From Candidatus Omnitrophota bacterium (GTDB lineage Bacteria > Omnitrophota > Gorgyraeia > S143-82), in NCBI GenBank assembly GCA_015494585.1, contig WGAY01000064.1, forward strand, positions 16,976 through 80,975: a stretch of DNA of 64,000 nt, in the 5' to 3' direction. Shown here piece after piece: positions 1 to 8,722 of the stretch. The position numbers were made by a program, and so were the translations under genes. Below the pieces are notes generated by a model that saw only the letters and a list, made by a program, of their open reading frames with translations, was not told the DNA's origin and did no database searches. How positions within the stretch are numbered: position 1 is the stretch's first letter; each line of letters opens with the position of its first letter.

Positions 1-1
1 A

Positions 2-313
2 GATAAATATTTTGTCAAAGACGGGGAGAATTTTCGTATTAAAGATGAGATAAAGAAAATGGTACGCTTTTATCATCTAAATCTTACCAATGATACTTTA
101 ATGAGAAGGATAACAAAAAAGGATGTCATCTTCTGCCGTAATGTTATGATTTATTTTGATACACCTGTCAAGAAAAAGGTAGTTAATTACTTCTATGATA
201 TGCTTAGACCAAATGGTTATTTGGTAATAGGCCACTCTGAGTCTCTGCATGATATAACAAGGGCTTTTAAGATAGTGCATTTTCCTGGGGCATTGGCATA
301 CAAAAAAGAGTAA
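2..313 (+). CDS. cheR: Chemotaxis protein methyltransferase CheR, C-terminal fragment (5' end lies outside the window)
   Basis: The frame is open from nt 2. Translation ends ...FCRNVMIYFDTPVKKKVVNYFYDMLRPNGYLVIGHSESL, matching the SAM-methyltransferase C-terminus of CheR. Confidence 0.7.
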   Translation, partial: DKYFVKDGENFRIKDEIKKMVRFYHLNLTNDTLMRRITKKDVIFCRNVMIYFDTPVKKKVVNYFYDMLRPNGYLVIGHSESLHDITRAFKIVHFPGALAYKKE

Positions 314-325
314 AGGAGGACTGTT

Positions 326-700
326 ATGCCAAGGATATTGGTTGTAGACGATTCATCTACTGTTAGAAAGCTAATAATAAATATTCTCAAAAAAGAAGAT
401 TATGAAACAGTTGAGGCAGTGGACGGGGTAGATGCTTTGGAAAAACTTGCCCAGAACGATATAGACCTAATTATTGCAGATTTGAATATGCCGAGGATGA
501 ATGGCTTAGAGCTCATTCGAACTATTCGTCAGGATCCACTATATACAGATATACCTATAGTTATGCTTACTACAGAAGGTAGTGACGAAGATAAGAAGAG
601 AGGGTTTGAAGCGGGAGCAAATGTCTATTTGGTAAAGCCTGCACCTCCTTCCTTGATCCTTTATAAGATAGGGAGTTTACTAGGGGCTAAAGATCAGTAA
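326..700 (+). CDS. cheY: Chemotaxis response regulator CheY (single receiver domain)
   Basis: 124 aa with VVDDS, an acidic pocket and DLNMP...KP receiver motifs. AGGAGG RBS lies upstream. Confidence 0.85.
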   Translation: MPRILVVDDSSTVRKLIINILKKEDYETVEAVDGVDALEKLAQNDIDLIIADLNMPRMNGLELIRTIRQDPLYTDIPIVMLTTEGSDEDKKRGFEAGANVYLVKPAPPSLILYKIGSLLGAKDQ

Positions 701-712
701 GGGGGATAAACT

Positions 713-2623
713 ATGGATGAGATAATCCAGGAGTTTTTGGTAGAGTCGGCGGAGCTTTTAGAACAGTTGGATTCTGACTTGGTTACCCTTGAAGAACGGC
801 CGGATGATTTAGACCTTTTGAACCGTATATTTCGAGCAGCACACACGATAAAGGGTAGTTCTGGCTTCCTTGGATTTACTCAGATTTCTCAACTTACCCA
901 CCATATGGAGGATGTGCTCAACAAACTCCGTAAGGGAGAGATGGTGGTCAACCCTACCATAATGGACGTTATTCTTGAGTCGGTCGATAAATTGAAACTC
1001 CTTTTAGACGAGGTTAAGGAGGGTGGTTCAGGATCAGTAAACACCTCAGAGACCGAGGCTAAGTTGAAAGCAATATTATCAGGGGAAGAGGCCGTTGAAT
1101 CTGATGCGGGTAAGGCAGAAGAAAAGAAAGAAGAGCCAGTAACAGCGGAAATTGATAAGATTAAGGAGGAAGAATCCTCGACATCAGAGGCCCATAAGAC
1201 ATCTCCAGAGGAAGATAAGACAGAAAATAAAGAGGGAAAAGTCGATATTTCCGGTGATGAAAAAAAGGTTGATGAGGGCCTTTCTGCAAAAAGAGAAGCA
1301 GACACGGAAAAATCTGAGGACAAAGCACAGGGAGAAAAGGAACAAAAGAAAGAACAACCACCTGCTGCTAAGCCACAGCCTAAAAAGCCTGTGGCCACCC
1401 ACTCTATTGAGGAGACTATCAGAGTAGATGTCAAAAGACTAGATGCCTTGATGAATCTGGTCGGAGAGCTTGTATTGGTGAGGAATAGACTAGGCCAGCT
1501 AGCAGAGAAAATAGATGCACAGGTTTCTGATACAGCCTTAATAGATACATTTAATAACGCCTTAGTTCAGTTAGGGTTTGTTACTACTGAGATGCAGCTA
1601 TCGGTTATGAAGACTAGGATGCTGCCCGTCCAGAGGGTATTCAATAAGTTTCCAAGGATGGTTCGGGACTTGTGTAGAGAGATGAAGAAAGAAGTAGATT
1701 TGATAATCCATGGAGAAGAGACGGAGCTGGATAAATCTGTTATCGAACATATAGGGGATCCTCTGATACATATATTGAGGAATGCAGTAGATCATGGAAT
1801 AGAGGCTCCGGAGGAAAGGGAAAAGAAGGGAAAGCCTCGCCGCGGAACGATAATTCTATCTGCATATCAGGAAGGGGACCATATTGTTATAGAGGTTGCA
1901 GATGATGGAAAGGGGATAGATATAGAAAAGATAGCGGCTAAGGCGATAGAAAAGGGTATAATAAAGGAATCTGACCTCCAACATATGGGTGAACGGGATA
2001 TTTTGAATTTGATATTTGCACCTGGATTTTCAACTGCAGAGAAAATAACTGATATATCCGGCCGTGGCGTTGGGATGGATGTAGTCAAGACTAATATAGA
2101 GAAATTAAATGGTATCATAGAGATGGATACAGAAGTTGGAAAAGGAACTACCTTGCGTATAAAACTCCCTCTAACGTTGGCGATAATACAGGCCTTGATG
2201 GTGATTTCTAATAAAGACATTTATGCTATCCCACTAGCCTCTGTTCAGGAAATAGTCCATCTAGAAGAAGGTCACATATATACAATAGATCAACAGGCGG
2301 TTGTGCGTATAAGAGATATGGTTATACCGTTGTTGTGTTTGGAAGAGGTTTTTGGGGAGCCAGAAAAAATAGAGGATGCATCCAGGAGGTATGTTGTTAT
2401 AATAGGATTGGTCGAACAAAGGATTGGGTTACTTGTTTCAGATCTATTAGGTCAGCAGGAGGTGGTTATTAAATCATTGGGTGGTTACTTAACGAATGTT
2501 CCGGGTATAGCCGGTGCAACGATTATGGGTGATGGGCGGGTATGTTTGATCCTAGATGTGGCAGGGATCATGCAATTGTCAGCACATAGTGTCAGGAAGG
2601 TGGCAACAGCCTATGGAGGGTGA
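713..2623 (+). CDS. cheA: Chemotaxis histidine kinase CheA (P1 Hpt, long E/K-rich linker, dimerisation, HATPase and CheW-like P5 domains)
   Basis: Hpt motif AAHTIKGSSGFLGF; dimerisation IRVDVKRLDALMNLVGELVL; HATPase N/G boxes (HILRNAVDHGIE, GRGVGMDVV); C-terminal CheW-like domain. Confidence 0.9.
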   Translation: MDEIIQEFLVESAELLEQLDSDLVTLEERPDDLDLLNRIFRAAHTIKGSSGFLGFTQISQLTHHMEDVLNKLRKGEMVVNPTIMDVILESVDKLKLLLDEVKEGGSGSVNTSETEAKLKAILSGEEAVESDAGKAEEKKEEPVTAEIDKIKEEESSTSEAHKTSPEEDKTENKEGKVDISGDEKKVDEGLSAKREADTEKSEDKAQGEKEQKKEQPPAAKPQPKKPVATHSIEETIRVDVKRLDALMNLVGELVLVRNRLGQLAEKIDAQVSDTALIDTFNNALVQLGFVTTEMQLSVMKTRMLPVQRVFNKFPRMVRDLCREMKKEVDLIIHGEETELDKSVIEHIGDPLIHILRNAVDHGIEAPEEREKKGKPRRGTIILSAYQEGDHIVIEVADDGKGIDIEKIAAKAIEKGIIKESDLQHMGERDILNLIFAPGFSTAEKITDISGRGVGMDVVKTNIEKLNGIIEMDTEVGKGTTLRIKLPLTLAIIQALMVISNKDIYAIPLASVQEIVHLEEGHIYTIDQQAVVRIRDMVIPLLCLEEVFGEPEKIEDASRRYVVIIGLVEQRIGLLVSDLLGQQEVVIKSLGGYLTNVPGIAGATIMGDGRVCLILDVAGIMQLSAHSVRKVATAYGG

Positions 2624-3012
2624 TTGTGTCTATATCGGCCCAGGAGCGACGGAAGTATAGTAGGGTAACATCAAGGTTGAAGTTGAGGTATTTAGTACTT
2701 CAAATTCCCATGAAAGGAGGGATGAAGGAAGGTAGGATTATAGATATAAGCGGTGGAGGGGTTGCATTTGTAGCAGATACTCCAGTGGATAAAGATGATG
2801 TGTTGAAAATAGAGATAAATATCCCAGATTACCATAAGGCCTTCCCCATAAGAAGGATTTTTGGCCCTGTTACTTCTTTGGCAAAGGTTGTTAGACAATG
2901 GCAGAATACCAATGGTGAGCATTGCATAGCTGTGAAATTTGTAGATATATATAGTAAACATCAGGAAGATATACTAGAATACGTCTTGAGAAAATTGAAG
3001 AGGAAGAAATAA
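2620..3012 (+). CDS. PilZ-domain protein (putative c-di-GMP receptor), GTG start overlapping the cheA stop
   Basis: 130 aa with the two PilZ c-di-GMP motifs, RxxxR (ERRKYSR) and D/NxSxGG (DISGGGVAF), about 30 aa apart. The GTG at 2620 overlaps the cheA TGA at 2621-2623. Confidence 0.7.
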   Translation: MIVSISAQERRKYSRVTSRLKLRYLVLQIPMKGGMKEGRIIDISGGGVAFVADTPVDKDDVLKIEINIPDYHKAFPIRRIFGPVTSLAKVVRQWQNTNGEHCIAVKFVDIYSKHQEDILEYVLRKLKRKK

Positions 3013-3887
3013 TGCCTAAGGTATCTCCGGAACACCTGGATGCCGTCTGCGAGATGGATAATATTACTCTCGGTGCAGCGGCCGTGAATCTTGAAAAACT
3101 AACTGGTATCCAGGTAAAAATGATAAAGCCAAAGGCCATTGAAACAGACTTTAAATCTGCCTTGGATTCTATTTCTGCTCAGGATAAAGTCTTCCTTTTA
3201 TTCAAGTATGATGAAGGTTATGGTCAAAGTTTTGCTCTGGTATTTTCTGAATCCGATGTATCAGTGCTAATTGAGAAACTTTCTCAATCTCTTGGCGAAA
3301 GTCTTGATCTGGAACAGGGTCTTATGAAAGTGGGAGAACAGGTGGCCCAGGCAATAGGGGATAGTCTTGCAATGCTTATTATGAATAAAAAGATAACATG
3401 TTCTCCTTATGCAGTTTCAAAAGAGGCGCCTAGCGAATTAGGGGATGAGATTGTGTTAGTTGAGATGCAGTTTAGGTTAAATGATGGACAAGTAAATTCT
3501 CTTTTTTGGCACATGCTTTCTGTTGATTTGGCTAATGGCCTTGCTGCAGATATGCTCGGGGAGATAGATGCTCAGCTTCAGGAATTTGAGCAAAAGGCAA
3601 GGCAGGACTCGAAAGAGGAGAAGAAAAAGACTGAGGATCTGATCAGTGTACCTGATATAATGGCAGAGATAAGGGTAAGGTTGGCTCAGAAGAAGATGCT
3701 TTTTTCTGAGTTGTGGGAATTAGGACCGGGAGCGGTTATTGAGTTCCCTCAATATATCTCTCAGCCAGTGGATGTTACTATGAAGGATAAGGTTATTGCT
3801 AAGGCACAGGTGGTTACGGTAGGTGAAAATTTTGGAGTAAGGATAACGGAGGTTAGGGATTATGCCAAAGATATTAGTAGTAGATGA
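3012..3887 (+). CDS. CheC-like phosphatase fused to a FliN/SpoA (surface presentation of antigens) domain, FliY-like
   Basis: N-terminus has a CheC-type motif (DNITLGAAAVNLEKLTG). C-terminus (AVIEFPQYISQPVDVTMKDKVIAKAQVVTVGENFGVRITEV) is a typical FliN/SpoA fold. Confidence 0.6.
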   Translation: MPKVSPEHLDAVCEMDNITLGAAAVNLEKLTGIQVKMIKPKAIETDFKSALDSISAQDKVFLLFKYDEGYGQSFALVFSESDVSVLIEKLSQSLGESLDLEQGLMKVGEQVAQAIGDSLAMLIMNKKITCSPYAVSKEAPSELGDEIVLVEMQFRLNDGQVNSLFWHMLSVDLANGLAADMLGEIDAQLQEFEQKARQDSKEEKKKTEDLISVPDIMAEIRVRLAQKKMLFSELWELGPGAVIEFPQYISQPVDVTMKDKVIAKAQVVTVGENFGVRITEVRDYAKDISSR

Positions 3888-4230
3888 TTCTGCAACAATT
3901 AGAAGAATTATAAAGAATACCCTAGAAAAGATAGGGTATTCGGAGGTAGTTGAGGCTGAAAATGGTATAGATGCCCTTACGAAACTAAAGGAAGGCGATA
4001 TTATCTTGGTCCTTACTGATTGGAATATGCCAGAGATGGATGGAATCACATTAGTGAAATCGATTCGTGCCTCTGATAAGTTTGGTACAGTCCCTATTAT
4101 CATGGTAACTACAGAGGCAGAAAAAAACGAAGTTATGGAGGCATTACAGTTGGGGGTTAATGACTATATTGTCAAACCTTTTACTCCGGATATTTTGAAA
4201 GAAAAAATAGAAAAGGTATTAAATGGTTAG
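3862..4230 (+). CDS. cheY: Chemotaxis response regulator CheY (second copy)
   Basis: 122 aa; VVDDS...DWNMPEMDG...KP receiver motifs. Overlaps the upstream gene by 26 nt. Confidence 0.85.
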   Translation: MPKILVVDDSATIRRIIKNTLEKIGYSEVVEAENGIDALTKLKEGDIILVLTDWNMPEMDGITLVKSIRASDKFGTVPIIMVTTEAEKNEVMEALQLGVNDYIVKPFTPDILKEKIEKVLNG

Positions 4231-4831
4231 GCGCCTGACAGTCCTTGTTATCTGCATATTGGGTCTCGGTATTGTAGGGGGCTGTGTTCGTGAGAAGATG
4301 GATCAATCCTTGCCTCTTCCAACGGCGCCAGATGTGAACTATGAGATTACTCATATTGCTGTACTTCCATTTGGCTCAGATAGTTCAGTTCCAGATGATG
4401 TTAGGGATAAGATCTATAGGGCATTTATAGATTACCTTATACCCCATAGGGGTGTATTCGTTGTCCATCCAGAGATAATATACCGCTTTGTCGATAAAGA
4501 TGCCCCTATCCTCGATGTAGAAAAGGCCGCAATGGTTGGAGATAAATTAGGAGTCAATGGTATAGTTATAGGTTACCTGTCAGATTATTCGGAAAATCCA
4601 TTTCGGATAACCATAGATGCAACTCTTTATCCTATGGTTAATGTCAATAACTATATTTGTACTGGGCACAAATCTTATGATCCGGAAGATATTTATGTCA
4701 TTGCTTCTATGAAGCAATATGCCTCTCGTTTTGAATGGAGTAAACTACCTCTGGGTTGGGAACGGATCAAACTGAATATAGATATTTTTTGTGACTTTGT
4801 GGCCTGGGATATGGTAAAATCTTTCTTTTAG
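4223..4831 (+). CDS. Putative lipoprotein of unknown function, translationally coupled to cheY
   Basis: Signal peptide with lipobox (LGIVGGC). The ATG sits inside the cheY stop region (AAATGGTTAG). No recognisable catalytic motif. Confidence 0.45.
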   Translation: MVRRLTVLVICILGLGIVGGCVREKMDQSLPLPTAPDVNYEITHIAVLPFGSDSSVPDDVRDKIYRAFIDYLIPHRGVFVVHPEIIYRFVDKDAPILDVEKAAMVGDKLGVNGIVIGYLSDYSENPFRITIDATLYPMVNVNNYICTGHKSYDPEDIYVIASMKQYASRFEWSKLPLGWERIKLNIDIFCDFVAWDMVKSFF

Positions 4832-4876
4832 AGGCTATTACAATTCCTTTAATTCAAAAATAAGCGAAGGGTTACG

Positions 4877-6079
4877 ATGAAGAAGCGGGATGTTTTTGAT
4901 TTTTATGGTCATTATATAATGAACACCTACACACGTAGTCCGGTTATCTTTGTGAAAGGCAAGGGATCGCGTTTATGGGATATAGACAATAAGGAATATA
5001 TAGATTTATTTCCGGGATGGGGGGTTTCTGTTTTGGGACATTGTCCGCCGGCGGTGGTAAATGCTATCAGATATCAAGCCAGCCGCCTTATCCACCTTCC
5101 TAATAATTTCCATCATATTTCACAGGCAAAATTGGCAAAGGAAATAGTAATGAGATTGGGTTTTCCTGCAAAGGTATTCTTTTGTAATTCAGGTGCAGAG
5201 GCAGTGGAGGCTGCCTTGAAGCTGGCCAAGGCATGGGGCCAGAGGAAGGGGAAGACTGAGATAATAACCACGGAAAACTCATTCCATGGCCGTACAACTG
5301 GAGCCCTTTCTCTTACAGGCCAGGATATTTATCAGCGGGGGTTTCACCCTCTACTTCCCAATGTGAAACGGGTAAAATTCAATGATATTTCGGCGATTAA
5401 GGAGGCTATTAGTCCTGAGACTGCAGCGATTATTCTTGAACTCATCCAGGGTGAGGGTGGAGTCAACGTGGCTGAAAAAAAATATGTAGAGGCATTGCGC
5501 AAGCTGTGTGATGAGAATGAAATATTGCTGATATTTGATGAGGTACAGACTGGTATAGGTCGTACTGGAAGGTGGTATTGTTTCCAGCATTACGGCGTGG
5601 AACCCGACATAATGACACTGGCAAAGGGCCTCGGCGGTGGTGTACCAATAGGTGCTATGGTGGCTAAGGATGAGATTGCTAAGGCCTTTAAACCAGGTAT
5701 GCATGCGTCTACCTTCGGAGGAGGTCCACTCGTTTGCAAGGCAGGGATTGCTGTATTTAGGACCATTCAGCGTCAACACCTACTGTCAAAGGTTCAGAAG
5801 ACTTCAGAAGAACTGAGGAATCGTTTCTTGGGATGGAAAAAAAGGTGGCCTGAGAAGGTACGAGATGTACGGGGTAAGGGTTATATGTTTGGTATAGAGC
5901 TTAGTTGCCCATGCCGCAAGATAGTGGAGACTGCTTTATCAAGGGGAATATTGGTGAACTGTACGCACAGCAATGTCCTCAGAATAATGCCAGCGCTTAA
6001 TATTAAGCCTAAATATTTGAATAAAGGATTATCTATACTAGAGGAGATATTAGAGGATGAATTTTCTAACCCTAAGTGA
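4877..6079 (+). CDS. argD: Acetylornithine aminotransferase (class III PLP aminotransferase)
   Basis: 400 aa. Class-III aminotransferase signature (GAEAVEAALKLA, DEVQTGIGRTG, TLAKGLGGG). Adjacent to argF. Confidence 0.8.
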   Translation: MKKRDVFDFYGHYIMNTYTRSPVIFVKGKGSRLWDIDNKEYIDLFPGWGVSVLGHCPPAVVNAIRYQASRLIHLPNNFHHISQAKLAKEIVMRLGFPAKVFFCNSGAEAVEAALKLAKAWGQRKGKTEIITTENSFHGRTTGALSLTGQDIYQRGFHPLLPNVKRVKFNDISAIKEAISPETAAIILELIQGEGGVNVAEKKYVEALRKLCDENEILLIFDEVQTGIGRTGRWYCFQHYGVEPDIMTLAKGLGGGVPIGAMVAKDEIAKAFKPGMHASTFGGGPLVCKAGIAVFRTIQRQHLLSKVQKTSEELRNRFLGWKKRWPEKVRDVRGKGYMFGIELSCPCRKIVETALSRGILVNCTHSNVLRIMPALNIKPKYLNKGLSILEEILEDEFSNPK

Positions 6080-6977
6080 TATAGATAAAGATATCTTGTG
6101 GGAGATATTGAAGAGAGCAAGAGTATTAAAGGAACTTCGGGAGCAGGGAATAAGCAGGCTTGATGTACTTTCTGGCAAGATCCTTGCCCTTATATTTGAG
6201 AAACCCTCTACCAGGACAAGACTTTCTTTTGAGACGGCAATATTGGAATTAAATGGAAGTGCAATCTTTATGGGGCCAAATGAAGTAGGACTGGGAAAGA
6301 GAGAGGCTATCTGTGATGTAGCAAGGACAGTAAGTCGTTATGTCCATGGGGTTGTACTGCGAACCTTTGCTCACAAGAACCTGTTGGAATTTGCAGATAA
6401 TGCAACCATTCCTGTAATAAATGCACTTACGGATAGTTTTCACCCATGTCAGGCCCTGGCGGATGTATTTACCATTTGGGAGAGATTTGAATCTTTGGAT
6501 AGAGTTAGGACCTGTTTTATTGGAGATGGCAATAATGTATTGAATTCGTTGTTATTGGCCTCTTCTATCTTTGGATTTCAGCTGGATTTCATTACTCCAA
6601 GCACACAAAGGCCAGCTAAAGATGTTTTGGATAGGGCCTCTGATTTGTCTATTAAGTATAATGGTCGGGTTGTCTTTAAGGAGTTGGATAATTTCAAAGC
6701 ACTTGGTAACTATGATGTGGTCTATACAGATGTGTGGGTAAGTATGGGACAGGAGGCAGAGGCCGAGATTAAGTTAAAGGATTTTATGGGATTTCAGGTA
6801 AATCAAGATTTATTGAGCAAATTAGGGCATCCTCTGGTTATGCATTGTTTACCTGCTCACAGGGGACAAGAGATTACAGATGAGGTTATAGATGGGCCGT
6901 ATTCGGTGGTATTCGATCAGGCAGAAAACAGGATGCATGTTCAAAAAGCGTTGTTGGAGTATATATGGAGAAGCTAG
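6057..6977 (+). CDS. argF: Ornithine carbamoyltransferase
   Basis: STRTR carbamoyl-phosphate motif, HCLP and DVWVSMGQE ornithine-binding motifs; 306 aa. Confidence 0.8.
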   Translation: MNFLTLSDIDKDILWEILKRARVLKELREQGISRLDVLSGKILALIFEKPSTRTRLSFETAILELNGSAIFMGPNEVGLGKREAICDVARTVSRYVHGVVLRTFAHKNLLEFADNATIPVINALTDSFHPCQALADVFTIWERFESLDRVRTCFIGDGNNVLNSLLLASSIFGFQLDFITPSTQRPAKDVLDRASDLSIKYNGRVVFKELDNFKALGNYDVVYTDVWVSMGQEAEAEIKLKDFMGFQVNQDLLSKLGHPLVMHCLPAHRGQEITDEVIDGPYSVVFDQAENRMHVQKALLEYIWRS

Positions 6978-7783
6978 CGATAGTACGTGCTATTGTTGAG
7001 ATAGGGATTCTTTGGTATCTCTTCTATAGAATAATGCAGTTTCTCGAAGGGACGCGTGCCTTTTATGTTATTCGCGGGATCGTTATCCTGGCGGTATTTT
7101 TTATATTGTCTAATTGGCTTGGTCTTTATACGTTGAATTGGTTATTGAGCAAAGTCTTTGGTATTTCTATTCTCGTCTTTGTTATTTTATTTCAACCAGA
7201 ACTTCGTCAAGGCTTGGCCCGTCTTGGTCAGAGTCCTTTTTGGGGAAGGTTTGCCCTTGATAGAAAAGAGATAGAACGAGTAGCAAGAGACATTACTATA
7301 GCAGTTACTCGTTTAGCAGAAAAGAAAATAGGTGCACTAATAGCTATACAGAAGAGCATAGGATTGAAGGGATATAGCGATAGCGGAATAAAATTGGATG
7401 CGATTGTTTCTCCAGAACTGCTTGAAACGATATTCTATCCTGGAAGTCCTCTCCATGATGGTGGGGTTATTATCAAAGAAGATAGAATAGTGGCATCTGC
7501 CTGTCTTTTTCCACTTACAGACAGTGAAAGGCATCCGGATATAAGGGGGACAAGGCATAGGGCGGGAATAGGTATTTCCGAAGAAACCGATGCCCTTTGC
7601 ATTATTGTATCAGAAGAGATGGGTACGATATCTTGGGCTATAAACGGCCATTTAAAGATGGCAGTTACACCTGAGGAGTTATATCGATTTCTAATAAAAA
7701 ATATGGCATCCGATTCCTTTTCGTGGACAGACATGTTTAAGTTTTTTTTCAGGTTTAAGGGTAGGAGAAATGAGGCAAAATAG
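6965..7783 (+). CDS. cdaA: Diadenylate cyclase CdaA (three N-terminal TM helices plus DAC domain)
   Basis: N-terminal hydrophobic helices followed by DAC motifs (LHDGGVII, GTRHRAGIGISEETDALCIIVSEE). Confidence 0.75.
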   Translation: MEKLAIVRAIVEIGILWYLFYRIMQFLEGTRAFYVIRGIVILAVFFILSNWLGLYTLNWLLSKVFGISILVFVILFQPELRQGLARLGQSPFWGRFALDRKEIERVARDITIAVTRLAEKKIGALIAIQKSIGLKGYSDSGIKLDAIVSPELLETIFYPGSPLHDGGVIIKEDRIVASACLFPLTDSERHPDIRGTRHRAGIGISEETDALCIIVSEEMGTISWAINGHLKMAVTPEELYRFLIKNMASDSFSWTDMFKFFFRFKGRRNEAK

Positions 7784-7879
7784 GTGGAGCAATATAGGTC
7801 TGCTGGTAATCTCATTCTTAATGGCATTGTTGGTATGGTATTATGTAAATTTCAGGGTTATGAATCTGTGAGTTAAATT

Positions 7880-8722
7880 GTGATTTTATCCACTATGAAG
7901 ATCCGTCTGGTAGATTCTGAAAATGTCAAATCAATGATCCATAGCCTTTCCCAGCTTTCTATTTCTACTATATGCATTTCGGGTTCCTGTCCGAATAGAC
8001 CCTTGTGTTTTTCCTCTAAGAGGGTATCTGTGCTTATTCTTGGGCAGACCTGTACCAGGACCTGTAGGTTCTGTGGTGTTAGAAAGGCTGTAGAAGGGGA
8101 TAAAGATTTTTCCTATGAGATAGAAGCTATCTCTAATCTGGTGGAAAGGTTGGGCCTTGAGTTTTTAGTTATTACATCTGTAACTCGAGATGACCTGCCT
8201 GATTATGGAGCCGGGCACTTCATTGAGATAGTCAATATTTTAAAGCAAAGATATCCCTATTTAAAAATAGAGCTCTTGATTCCAGATTTTCTAAGCGATG
8301 AGAAGATTCTTCATAATATAGCATCCCTGAAGGTAGAAATTATAGGCCATAATATGGAGACAATTGAGAGACTCTATCCTATTATTCGCCCGTTATCGGA
8401 TTATAAGAGGTCTCTAAATGTTATAAGATTTCTTGCAGAACATTCTAGCGCTATGGTGAAGTCTTCTATAATGCTGGGGTTGGGTGAAGAGTTTTCAGAA
8501 ATAATGGGTGTATTAAGAGACATATACAATACTGGATGCCGAGCAATTTGTGTGGGGCAATATCTGCCGCCGAAAAATGGGCTTAATTATCCGGTATTAA
8601 AGTATTATAATGAAAAAGAGTTTTTGTATATCAGGGAAAGGGCATTAGAGATGGGTTTTACTTTTGTATGGTCAGGGCCATTTGTTAGAAGTAGTTTTGT
8701 AGGGGGGGATAGTGGCGACTAA
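7880..8722 (+). CDS. lipA: Lipoyl synthase (radical SAM)
   Basis: Auxiliary cluster motif CxxxxCPNxxxC (CISGSCPNRPLC) and radical-SAM CTRTCRFC. GTG start; the alternative ATG is at 7895. Confidence 0.7.
   Translation: MILSTMKIRLVDSENVKSMIHSLSQLSISTICISGSCPNRPLCFSSKRVSVLILGQTCTRTCRFCGVRKAVEGDKDFSYEIEAISNLVERLGLEFLVITSVTRDDLPDYGAGHFIEIVNILKQRYPYLKIELLIPDFLSDEKILHNIASLKVEIIGHNMETIERLYPIIRPLSDYKRSLNVIRFLAEHSSAMVKSSIMLGLGEEFSEIMGVLRDIYNTGCRAICVGQYLPPKNGLNYPVLKYYNEKEFLYIRERALEMGFTFVWSGPFVRSSFVGGDSGD

Noticed and set aside
889-1434. 181-aa ORF on the - strand, and a 91-aa Lys/Arg-rich ORF at 1152-1427 on the + strand
   Set aside because: Both lie entirely within the Glu/Lys-rich linker of cheA. 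The low-complexity codon bias (GAA/AAG repeats) leaves alternative frames open, so these are frame artefacts.
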